Assembly (NCBI GenBank): GCA_037146775.1
Contig: JBAWWL010000004.1
Span: 22,471 to 86,470, forward strand
DNA length: 64,000 nucleotides
Reading direction: 5' to 3'
Origin: Candidatus Omnitrophota bacterium
Lineage (GTDB): Bacteria; Omnitrophota; Gorgyraeia; Duberdicusellales; 4484-171
Below, in pieces: positions 35,097 through 43,527 of this stretch. The translations under genes and the position numbers were made by a program. Under the pieces are notes generated by a model. That model ran no database searches, was not told the DNA's origin, and saw nothing but the letters and a program-made list of their open reading frames with translations. Positions within the stretch are counted from its first letter, which is position 1; each line of letters begins with the position of its first letter.

Positions 35097-37053
35097 ATAG
35101 TTTTTTTAACGAAGTGCTTATAAATTCTCCCTTGAGGGGATTATAACCTTGATAGGCGATTAAAAAGTAGGCTGTAGCCGCCAGAGAACCTGTCCGGCTG
35201 CCCGAAGGCGTACGCCAGCCATGTCCAGTATCTACCGAGGCGGCTGAAGCATAAGGAAGACACGGCTCTTCCCTGCCGATCTTTGAAGGAGAAGTAATCA
35301 GCATTTTTTGCAATTCACCGAAATAGAATAGAGCCAACTTTGCATACGCATGATATTTATCTCGATTGGTATCTTTATAATAGTCGGCCATAATTTCAAA
35401 AGCTAAAATCATCTGGGCTGTCCATTCACACGATATAACCCCTCCCCTGGCAACGTGGCGAGACTTGGCAAAATCAAACCCGCGTACCGTAACGTCAGTT
35501 TCTTGACGGGGAAAAATAGTTTGAACCTCACAATTTTCTATGGCAAACTCCACGATCCTTTCCGGATTCATTTGCAGCGCTGCGAGTGCCTGCGGGCCAA
35601 ATGCCGTTATCGACCAGGTATAGGTATCGGTAGCTATTGTTGAATCTCCTTTACCCCGCATAACCGGCAACTCTTGGCTTGTGTAAGAATAACGTACAAT
35701 CCAGGACTGCACTTTTTGTGCGAGGCTACGATATTTTTCTTCTCCGGTTAACTCATAGAATAATGTAAAGAATGCAAAAGCATCCAGATTGTGTTCGGTC
35801 GCATACCAACTTTCGTTGGGCCCGCCCTTAATACCGCCTTCCTTGTCCATCATTTTTGTAAGAAAATCGGCTACGGCCTCAGCAAGAAAAATATACTTTT
35901 TACTCTTTGTTTGTTTCGTATATTGCAGACTCGCCAAGCCGATCCAAGCATTTGGCCCGCTATGCACCACGTATTCCGCCACGTCTCCGGCAGTATAATA
36001 TGCGTTATATATAGGCTCCTTATTCGCGATCTTACGTACATAAAAATCTAAAACAGCCTCTGCATTTTTTGTGTCGTGACCGATGAGAAAAGCGATTGCC
36101 GCCAATGCCTGGTCATAGGTAAAAGAAATTTTGTGCAAGTTGTTGTCGCCTTCGTAACTAAGCACAAGACCGCTTTTTATATCTTGGCGATTTTTTATCC
36201 AGCTATATACGCCTTCGAGTATCTTTTCCGAGACAGAAATCCTGGTTTTTTCTAAATCGCCGATTTCTTTCTTAAGAATACGAGTGGTCGCCTGCTGCTC
36301 CTTTTCTTTTGCTTCCAAGAATGTTCTTTCTCTGCGTAGGGCGGCGAGTTCGTTTTCCCGCTGAAAAATCTGCTCCTTTATGCTCGCTTGTTCATCCTGA
36401 TTCTTGGAGGCAGGACGAGACATTTGCTCGTGAAGACGCGCAATATTTTCCTCTATAACCTTGATGATCTCTCCAAGAGAGGCTGTTTCCTGTTTAAAAA
36501 ATAAGCCGCTTTTTTCCTGATGCGCTAATAGTGTTGTATACTGCGAACTTTTCGCAACAAGCGTAACATATTCGTTGACAAGTTCTCTATTGGCCCGAAT
36601 AAGCGCGAACGTTTTGAGCCCAAAAGAGAATGCCGAGAGAGAAAGAACAATTATGACCGTTGCAATTACCAGCGGCAGCGACTTTTTAAGGATGGCGTAA
36701 CGAAAAAGCACGCTGCGTTCTCTTTTATGCGAGGGGATAAATTCTAACCCTACGATATACTGGTTAAAATCTTTGAGTTTCTCTTGACTGGTCCAGGCAA
36801 CTTTGGCTTTTGTCGCAAGCGGTTTTTTTCTGAAAGGAACATGTATGTTAAGATGAAGCTGGGTGTTTTTGCAGTTTACTTTATCCCAGAACCCCCACCA
36901 AAGATCGTTCACCACAAGGCAGATGCCGCCCTTGCTAATATCCTGAGTAAAACCCTGGAACCACGGGGTAGTGCGCTTGCCCTGTTCGTCAATAACAAAA
37001 AATTCGACCGGCAAAACAGTGGTAATTCTAATATATTGTCTTCTGTTTTCCAT
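35056..37053 (-). CDS. PilZ domain - transmembrane - coiled-coil - (alpha/alpha)6 six-hairpin glycosidase-like domain protein
   Basis: 665 aa. N-terminal RRQYIRI ... DISKGGICL (PilZ motifs), a TM helix around residues 125-147, a coiled-coil around 150-270, and a C-terminal ~390 aa whose pattern resembles GH8 / N-acylglucosamine-epimerase-like toroid folds. Confidence 0.55.
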   Translation of the reverse strand: MENRRQYIRITTVLPVEFFVIDEQGKRTTPWFQGFTQDISKGGICLVVNDLWWGFWDKVNCKNTQLHLNIHVPFRKKPLATKAKVAWTSQEKLKDFNQYIVGLEFIPSHKRERSVLFRYAILKKSLPLVIATVIIVLSLSAFSFGLKTFALIRANRELVNEYVTLVAKSSQYTTLLAHQEKSGLFFKQETASLGEIIKVIEENIARLHEQMSRPASKNQDEQASIKEQIFQRENELAALRRERTFLEAKEKEQQATTRILKKEIGDLEKTRISVSEKILEGVYSWIKNRQDIKSGLVLSYEGDNNLHKISFTYDQALAAIAFLIGHDTKNAEAVLDFYVRKIANKEPIYNAYYTAGDVAEYVVHSGPNAWIGLASLQYTKQTKSKKYIFLAEAVADFLTKMMDKEGGIKGGPNESWYATEHNLDAFAFFTLFYELTGEEKYRSLAQKVQSWIVRYSYTSQELPVMRGKGDSTIATDTYTWSITAFGPQALAALQMNPERIVEFAIENCEVQTIFPRQETDVTVRGFDFAKSRHVARGGVISCEWTAQMILAFEIMADYYKDTNRDKYHAYAKLALFYFGELQKMLITSPSKIGREEPCLPYASAASVDTGHGWRTPSGSRTGSLAATAYFLIAYQGYNPLKGEFISTSLKKLYEKGFNQAAADTY

Positions 37054-37144
37054 TCCTTTTATGCCTGGAATCGCGTAAACATATGCACCATTATTCTTTA
37101 CGCAATATGGCTATCTCTGCATAGGAGTAACGCGTGGGGTGTCT

Positions 37145-37522
37145 TTAGGTTTTTTTTACCTTATGTACCTTATCAAAAAAATCGTGGAATTGGGAATGTT
37201 TACGCAGGTTGTCCAAATCAGGATCCTGCAAAATATACGGGATATCATCATAGCCGAATACTATTGCTTTCTTTAGTTCCCGCAAGGCATGGTCAATTTC
37301 GCCCGTGAGCGATAAACTGCAGGCCAGATTGTAGCGAACGACTGGGTCCTCTGGTTTGAGTTTAACTAACTTTTTATCCACCTCCAAACCTTCCTGATAA
37401 AATCCCCTACGCGTGTAAGCGTCACCTAAAGAAATAAGCGCTTGCACAAAGTTTGGTTTTTTTTCTAACAACCCTTCGTAAAATTTTATTTCAAAATCCT
37501 TTTTTCTTTTTTTCGGCATCAC
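37145..37522 (-). CDS. TPR-repeat protein
   Basis: 125 aa with a basic N-terminus and 2-3 TPR-like repeats (ALISLGDAYTRRGFYQEGL...). Confidence 0.55.
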   Translation of the reverse strand: MMPKKRKKDFEIKFYEGLLEKKPNFVQALISLGDAYTRRGFYQEGLEVDKKLVKLKPEDPVVRYNLACSLSLTGEIDHALRELKKAIVFGYDDIPYILQDPDLDNLRKHSQFHDFFDKVHKVKKT

Positions 37523-39899
37523 GAGTCATGCTCCTTTCTAAAATAGCTTCTTCCCGTAAAAGATATAATACCTCTTCCAGATGTTTTTTAAATTCTTTGT
37601 ATTCGGTAATTTCCACAAATCTTTTCTTTATGGCAAATTCCCGTTGAAAATCGAGAGTATTGCCGGACTGAGCATACGATGCGCTGAAGGTAAACCATGG
37701 AGTAATCACCTGCTGGTTCTGCGGAAGGTATTTTATCCGTAAAGTCGTGGGAAGATTTATTTTCACCCGGGAAACTTCTCTAAAAAGCCCGTTGAACTCT
37801 ATGGGATACTTACGATCTTCCTTACCAAGATATGAGGTATCAACGTCAACATCGTTAAGCGGAGGAACAATGCGTAAGTTCTGGGCGGGGTTCAAAAACT
37901 TCTTTGCTTGAAAGCGGTATTGTAAAACCGGGGTCTTGTCAAAATCATCTTCATAAATAATACGGTAATCAAACAGTTTAGAAAAAGGGTTAATCTGTGT
38001 CATTCTTCTTTGGATGTCTTCTTTGATGGTTTGCGGATGCGTATTTTTTAAGTAATAGCGCTGGAAGGCAGCAAAAAAACCTTTTGTATTCACTGTTCGC
38101 TCTATAAGAGCGTCTTCCGCTTCGTCGATCGTAATCGTCATCTCATAACTGGCTTCATTATCGCTTATCTGAGGAGTAGATACAATCTTGTATCCGTCGT
38201 CCAAAATCACTAAAACATTCCTTTCCTGGTCGTCGAGCGGCAAATCGAACAACGGTACGGTCGAAGCGGTGGCATCCATAAAAATAAGTTCATTGTTATA
38301 GTCAAGGGCGGCAATCGCATGGTTAAAATACACCGTAGGAAAATTTTCTTCGATAGGATAAATTTGCCGCGTAGGGATCAACACGGGGTATGCCTTAAGG
38401 CCGGCCTCTCGCAGCATGCCAACCAACAGTATAGCTTTATCCTTACAGTCTCCGTAGCGATTAACAAATATTTCGTCTGCCCGATGCGGCTCGTGGCCGC
38501 TTTCTCCGTACTCAACCGCTACATAACGTATATTTTTTGTGCAGAATTCGTAAATTTTTTTTGCTTTTTCTAAATCGTTTTTTGTACCTTTGGTAAGTTC
38601 CTTTACAAATGCTTTCAATTCGGAATTCAAAATTATTTTATCTTTGTATAAGTTAAACCACCAACGATAGATTTCATCCCATGATGTAAAGTTTGAAATA
38701 CTGACAGCCGGATTAATTAAAGACAGTTCGGGCATGTTCGGTTCGGGAATAATAGGCGACACCTCTTGCCATTGCCAGCTATAGATCGTTTTCCCCGGTT
38801 GCTCTTCTTTTGTCGGCTCAAGCGATATGTCTTTAGCATATTGTTCGTTGAAGAATTTTTTGCGCACGACCGATTTTTGAGGAATCGTCAGCCGAAAACG
38901 TGCTTTTGCGATCGGATAACGCTGGCGCACATCATACACAAACGCAAATTTGTCCTCTTTAATCAGTTTGGAAGAATAGATTTTGGCTTTATATTCAATA
39001 ATCGAGCCCACGTCTACCGAAGGCATGGAGATAATAAAAACTCTCGCATTACTATAGAGAGGGAAATTCAAGTATTTACTCACATCCCGGATATTGCTCT
39101 CTCCGGCATACACCATTTTACCGTCAGCGGTGATCGTACGTGCATACTCGAGCTCGACCCTCTCGTCGGTGGAATCATAATCAATCTGAACTTCCGCCAA
39201 CTCTTTACCTTTTTCTTTCAACACCTTTTGCAGAATATAGATAGTGGCGACCGAGGTATTATCTTCCTTAACCTCAATTGCCTCGTCCATTAAAAGAGTG
39301 ACTGCTTCTTCTTTATCTACACGCGAAACAAAATTCTCCTCCTGCCGTAGAAGCATTTTAATGTCCTCGGGAATCTGCTCTTCAACCTTCGTGCCAATCT
39401 TTGCGAGACGTTCATCACCCAATTGTTTAAAAGGCGGTTTTAGTTTTTTATATATCGCGACAGCCTTAGGGAAAAGGTTTTGCTCTTCCAGGGCTTTGCC
39501 ATACCAATATAGGTATTCGCTATCCTCCCGTTCTCCCACTTGCTGAAAAAGCTCAAGCGCCTGATTATAATTTTTCTCTTTGGCGTATGTTTTAGCGAGC
39601 ATGATTTTCGCGGTGGTATCGTTACTATCTTTCAGGAGAGATTTAACTTTTTGAAAATCATTAAAATTATAATAGAATTGGGCTAACCGAAGCCGTAAGG
39701 CAGTATCGCGAGGATTTTTTGCAAGAAGCACCTCATAATGGGCGGTACTTTTTTCATAGTCTTTAGAAACGGTGTCCAGCGCGGGACTACATCCGGCGCA
39801 CAGCAGCGCGAGTAGTATGCCGATACCCACACCACACGAGCCCACTATTTGTTTTCCTCGATAGCTCATAATTATACACATAATGTTTAGTGATAGCAC
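37491..39899 (-). CDS. Lipoprotein with N-terminal TPR repeats and a C-terminal DUF3857/transglutaminase-like/DUF3858 module
   Basis: 802 aa with a lipobox LLALLCAGCS and TPRs in the first ~170 aa. The transglutaminase-like Cys core is RYGDCKDKAILLVGMLREAGL. Confidence 0.65.
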   Translation of the reverse strand: MLSLNIMCIIMSYRGKQIVGSCGVGIGILLALLCAGCSPALDTVSKDYEKSTAHYEVLLAKNPRDTALRLRLAQFYYNFNDFQKVKSLLKDSNDTTAKIMLAKTYAKEKNYNQALELFQQVGEREDSEYLYWYGKALEEQNLFPKAVAIYKKLKPPFKQLGDERLAKIGTKVEEQIPEDIKMLLRQEENFVSRVDKEEAVTLLMDEAIEVKEDNTSVATIYILQKVLKEKGKELAEVQIDYDSTDERVELEYARTITADGKMVYAGESNIRDVSKYLNFPLYSNARVFIISMPSVDVGSIIEYKAKIYSSKLIKEDKFAFVYDVRQRYPIAKARFRLTIPQKSVVRKKFFNEQYAKDISLEPTKEEQPGKTIYSWQWQEVSPIIPEPNMPELSLINPAVSISNFTSWDEIYRWWFNLYKDKIILNSELKAFVKELTKGTKNDLEKAKKIYEFCTKNIRYVAVEYGESGHEPHRADEIFVNRYGDCKDKAILLVGMLREAGLKAYPVLIPTRQIYPIEENFPTVYFNHAIAALDYNNELIFMDATASTVPLFDLPLDDQERNVLVILDDGYKIVSTPQISDNEASYEMTITIDEAEDALIERTVNTKGFFAAFQRYYLKNTHPQTIKEDIQRRMTQINPFSKLFDYRIIYEDDFDKTPVLQYRFQAKKFLNPAQNLRIVPPLNDVDVDTSYLGKEDRKYPIEFNGLFREVSRVKINLPTTLRIKYLPQNQQVITPWFTFSASYAQSGNTLDFQREFAIKKRFVEITEYKEFKKHLEEVLYLLREEAILERSMTRDAEKKKKGF

Positions 39900-39908
39900 A
39901 AAATAACT

Positions 39909-40205
39909 CTAAGCGATTATTTTGAGAACATCTCTAATGGCTTGCCCCTTATAAATACCCAATTGCTTTGCGGGATACGTACAAGAGTGGACACATGCTT
40001 TTAGGGCATCTCCGACAGTAGACACCCCTGTTATTTTTATTGCCACATCTTGAAAAGTATTTGCCACTTTCAAGTTTAAATAACCGCACATCACATACCC
40101 TTTACGGCCCTTAATCACAATAAGATTCTTGGCCTGTAAAGGCATGAAAGCCGCCCAAAGCGTATGTTTTCCGATGATAATTTTTTTTACCGTTATTTTA
40201 CTCAT
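39909..40205 (-). CDS. Small conserved protein, DUF1805 (YunC)-like
   Basis: 98 aa. The assignment rests only on size and a GYLN-type pattern, so confidence is low. Confidence 0.3.
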   Translation of the reverse strand: MSKITVKKIIIGKHTLWAAFMPLQAKNLIVIKGRKGYVMCGYLNLKVANTFQDVAIKITGVSTVGDALKACVHSCTYPAKQLGIYKGQAIRDVLKIIA

Positions 40206-40421
40206 GATCGTGGCATATTGCCCGAGGTCCGCTCTGGCCTTTTATCGAGCATTCACCTTGCGCGGTGTCACCATGAACCATTCGCACACTTTACCTATAT
40301 GTATATTGAAGCTTTATTATCAACACTGTCGCGTTGCCAAAGAAGAGAACCATGATTTTACTGGATATCTGCGCTAAGACGCCAAAAACTAAAGGCCAAG
40401 CTATGTGCAGCCCGGAAAACT

Positions 40422-41582
40422 TTATTGCAATTTTTTCAAAAATTTCTCTATCGCAATCACTGCCTGTTTCAGTTCGTCCAACGAAGTGGCATACGAGATA
40501 CGGATATACGAGTCATATTCTTTACCAAACGCTCTGCCGGGAACCACCGCTACTTTTTCTTCGAAAAGAAGACGTTTGGCAAAATCCATTGAATTGATTT
40601 TGAAATTTTTTATCGAAGCAAAACAGTAAAAGGCACCTTGCGGCCGGTCGAGAGAAAAACCCAGCCGCTTCAATTCTCTTACCATAAAATCCCTTCTGCG
40701 TTTATAATCGAGCCTCATCTGGACTACTTCCTTTTGTGCTTTAAGAGCCTCATTCGCAGCTACCTGAGAAATAACAGATGCGCACATCATGGAAAAAGAA
40801 TGTACCTTAGTCATCGCGGCAATAATTTGTTCATGAGCGCACGCATAACCGATGCGAAAACCGGTCATTGCGTAAGCCTTTGAAAAACCGTTGAGTAAAA
40901 TTGTCCTTTCTTGAGCTTTCTTATCCAGAGAGGCAAAGCAGGTGTGCCTGCCTTCATACATCAGTTCTTCATACACTTCGTCGCTGATAACAATGGTTTC
41001 CTTACGTTTGATGACGTTCCAAATCCTTTGCAATTCTCCCCGCGTATACGCCGTTCCGGTAGGATTGGAAGGATTATTCAAAATAATGGCTTTGGGCTGC
41101 TGCGACATAAGCGCTTGTAATTTTTTTACATCAATCTTAAATCCTTCCTCTTCCCGCGTCGGCAAATAAAGCACGCGGCCGCCGATGATTTCCGTCAAGG
41201 CGGGATAAGCGACAAAATACGGACTTATCACGATTACCTTATCCCTGGGCTCCAAAATAGCGCGCAGGGCCAGATCCAACCCTTCACTTACGCCCACGGT
41301 AATTAATATTTCTGTGTCCGGATTATAAGAAAGCGCGTGTTTTTTTTCTAAAAAATTGGCGATGCTTTGGCGTAAAACAAACAACCCTTTATTTGAGGTA
41401 TAAGATGTAAACCCCTCTTCCAAGGCCGTAATCGCCCGCTCCCTGGCTCTCCATGGTGCGATGAAATCCGGCTCGCCCACACCCAGAGAAATAACATCAG
41501 GCATCCCTAATACTAAATCAAAAAATTCACGAATGCCTGATGGAGCCACTTTTTCGATATGTTTTGCGATCGTATTTTTCAT
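40422..41582 (-). CDS. PLP-dependent aminotransferase class I/II (AspC family)
   Basis: 386 aa with the PLP-lysine block GFSKAYAMTGFRIGY. Confidence 0.85.
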   Translation of the reverse strand: MKNTIAKHIEKVAPSGIREFFDLVLGMPDVISLGVGEPDFIAPWRARERAITALEEGFTSYTSNKGLFVLRQSIANFLEKKHALSYNPDTEILITVGVSEGLDLALRAILEPRDKVIVISPYFVAYPALTEIIGGRVLYLPTREEEGFKIDVKKLQALMSQQPKAIILNNPSNPTGTAYTRGELQRIWNVIKRKETIVISDEVYEELMYEGRHTCFASLDKKAQERTILLNGFSKAYAMTGFRIGYACAHEQIIAAMTKVHSFSMMCASVISQVAANEALKAQKEVVQMRLDYKRRRDFMVRELKRLGFSLDRPQGAFYCFASIKNFKINSMDFAKRLLFEEKVAVVPGRAFGKEYDSYIRISYATSLDELKQAVIAIEKFLKKLQ

Positions 41583-41608
41583 GGGAAAGTTCTAAGTTCA
41601 ATGTCCGA

Positions 41609-41639
41609 AGTTCAACGTTTTTGTCTCTTGGCGTTGAAC
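41609..41639. repeat. Hairpin (gttcaacg/cgttgaac), family 2 copy with upstream gttcaatg half-site
   Basis: aagttcaatgtccgaagttcaacgtttttgtctcttggcgttgaacg lies between the Lrp stop and the aminotransferase start. Related to 19627..19678. Confidence 0.35.
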
Positions 41640-41640
41640 G

Positions 41641-42123
41641 TCAATAAGTAATTGCTAACCGCTTATTCTTCTCGCCTTGCGTTAAAATTATGCCGTCCTC
41701 TTTGTATTTTTTCAGCATAAAATGCGTAACAGTCCCTTTTACCGTACTTAAGGGAGATAACTTTTCCGAAACAAACCCCGCCACCGTGTGCATGTTTTTT
41801 CCTTCTACAATGAGCAGCAAATCGTAGGTTCCGGATATAAGATAACAAGTTTTGACTTCAGGAAATTTATATATCCGTTCCGCCACTAAATCAAAGCCGA
41901 CGTCTTTTTGCGGGCTGACTCTTACTTCGATTAATGCGATAATACCGTTTTCATTTTTTATTTTCGCTTTATTAATCATGGTCTTATATTTTATAATGAC
42001 ACCTTTTTTCTCATACTGCGCGATTGATTTCTCAAGCTCTTTTTTACTTTTTCCGGTAAGTTTTTCCAAGTCTTCTAAAGAAATACGGGCGTTAGCTTCT
42101 AAGATCTCTAATATCTCATCCAT
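41641..42123 (-). CDS. Lrp/AsnC-family transcriptional regulator
   Basis: 160 aa with an N-terminal HTH (ILEILEANARISLEDLEKLTGKS) and a C-terminal RAM domain. Confidence 0.8.
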   Translation of the reverse strand: MDEILEILEANARISLEDLEKLTGKSKKELEKSIAQYEKKGVIIKYKTMINKAKIKNENGIIALIEVRVSPQKDVGFDLVAERIYKFPEVKTCYLISGTYDLLLIVEGKNMHTVAGFVSEKLSPLSTVKGTVTHFMLKKYKEDGIILTQGEKNKRLAITY

Positions 42124-42183
42124 AATTGCCTCCTTTTTTCCCTATTGTAAATAAATAAAGGGCTCTTGTAAAGACAATTCCGC

Positions 42184-43278
42184 TCAAGCGGGACGGCCAT
42201 AGGCGTGCCAAATACGGCAGCTGCCCTCAAAAGAAACCATACAAGGACCGAGAGGATTGTCCGGCGAACAAGCATGGGCAAACTGAGGACATTGAAATGG
42301 TGTTATTTTTCCTTTTACAACCTCTGCGCAAAGACACTCTTTTTTTTGTTTTGGCTCAGTACAGGCCGCCTTTGACAATAAACGAATTGCATCAAATGTT
42401 TTATAGCTATCTCTTAGGACTAACCCGCTTTTTTTAATCTTCCCGAAGCCCCGCCACGAAGCGTCTGACACGGTAAAAACCTGATCAACAATTTTACGCG
42501 CCACAGGGTTACCTTCCGGCTGAACAACCCGGCTATATTCATTTTCCACGCAAGGTGAGTCATTTTTGAGCTGTTTTAATAACATATACATGGCTACCAC
42601 CATATCCAGCGGTTCGAAACCGCAGATCACGCAACCTTTATGGAAACGCCGAGCAATAACCCGATAGGGCTTTGTTCCGATCACTACCGAAACATGCCCC
42701 GGACAAATAAAACCGTCTACTTTTATATCGCGATCTTTACATAGCTCCTTCATAGCCGGGGGAATCAGACGGTGAGAACAAAGCGCAAACACATTTTTCA
42801 GCTTTTGTTCCCGTGCTTCTTTAATGACCAAAGCGGTCAAGGGAGCTGTTGTTTCGAAACCAACCGCCAAAAATATAGCTCTCTTTTGCGGATGTGCGCG
42901 CGCAATATCAAGAACCTGTGCGGGCGAATACACTATTTCGATATGGCCACCACGGGCACGCTCATCCTCCAAGGAAGATTGCGTTCCTTTTACCCGTATT
43001 AAATCTCCGAATGTCGCTATGATGTTACGTTTATCTCTCGCCAAAGCCACTGCCTGGTCGATAAACGTGTCCTCGGTGATACATACCGGACACCCCGGCC
43101 CGGAGAGGAGCTGAACCGAAGGCGGAACGATATTGCGCAAACCGAATCGGAAAAAAGTATAGGTATGAGTTCCGCACACTTCCATCAGCCGCACCGTTCT
43201 TTTAATGCGTAAAGCCTCTATACGGCGGATAATTTCTTTTATAGCGTGTTTATTTCTTAGAAATTTTTCGTAGAGCAT
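42184..43278 (-). CDS. hypD: [NiFe]-hydrogenase maturation factor HypD
   Basis: 364 aa with CGTH, GPGCPVC, GFETT and C-terminal CPVC motifs. Confidence 0.9.
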   Translation of the reverse strand: MLYEKFLRNKHAIKEIIRRIEALRIKRTVRLMEVCGTHTYTFFRFGLRNIVPPSVQLLSGPGCPVCITEDTFIDQAVALARDKRNIIATFGDLIRVKGTQSSLEDERARGGHIEIVYSPAQVLDIARAHPQKRAIFLAVGFETTAPLTALVIKEAREQKLKNVFALCSHRLIPPAMKELCKDRDIKVDGFICPGHVSVVIGTKPYRVIARRFHKGCVICGFEPLDMVVAMYMLLKQLKNDSPCVENEYSRVVQPEGNPVARKIVDQVFTVSDASWRGFGKIKKSGLVLRDSYKTFDAIRLLSKAACTEPKQKKECLCAEVVKGKITPFQCPQFAHACSPDNPLGPCMVSFEGSCRIWHAYGRPA

Positions 43279-43486
43279 TTTTATATTCCCTAACGTAGCG
43301 TAACGTATCTTTTACCATTTCCGGTTTAAATTTTTCTATAGCGAACCCGGCATGCACCATGACATATTCTCCTACCTGTAAATCTTTCATGAGACCAATA
43401 TTGATTTTTTTTCTAATACCGTCGGCGTCAACGATAGCACCGTCAGCTTTGATATCAACGACCTTCATTGGATATGCTAAACACAT
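43250..43486 (-). CDS. hypC: Hydrogenase maturation factor HypC/HupF
   Basis: 78 aa with the N-terminal MCLAYP (MC(L/I)(A/G)(I/V)P) motif. Confidence 0.85.
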   Translation of the reverse strand: MCLAYPMKVVDIKADGAIVDADGIRKKINIGLMKDLQVGEYVMVHAGFAIEKFKPEMVKDTLRYVREYKNALRKISKK

Positions 43487-43527
43487 TTTTTATTCCTTTT
43501 TTTAGTGTAGATAAATATACGTGTATC

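Noticed and set aside
40206-40421. Possible tRNA or ncRNA in the 216-bp gap upstream of the aminotransferase gene
   Set aside because: No cloverleaf-compatible acceptor/T-arm pairing or conserved GTTC/TTCGA motif found on either strand. Needs tRNAscan/Infernal to be sure.
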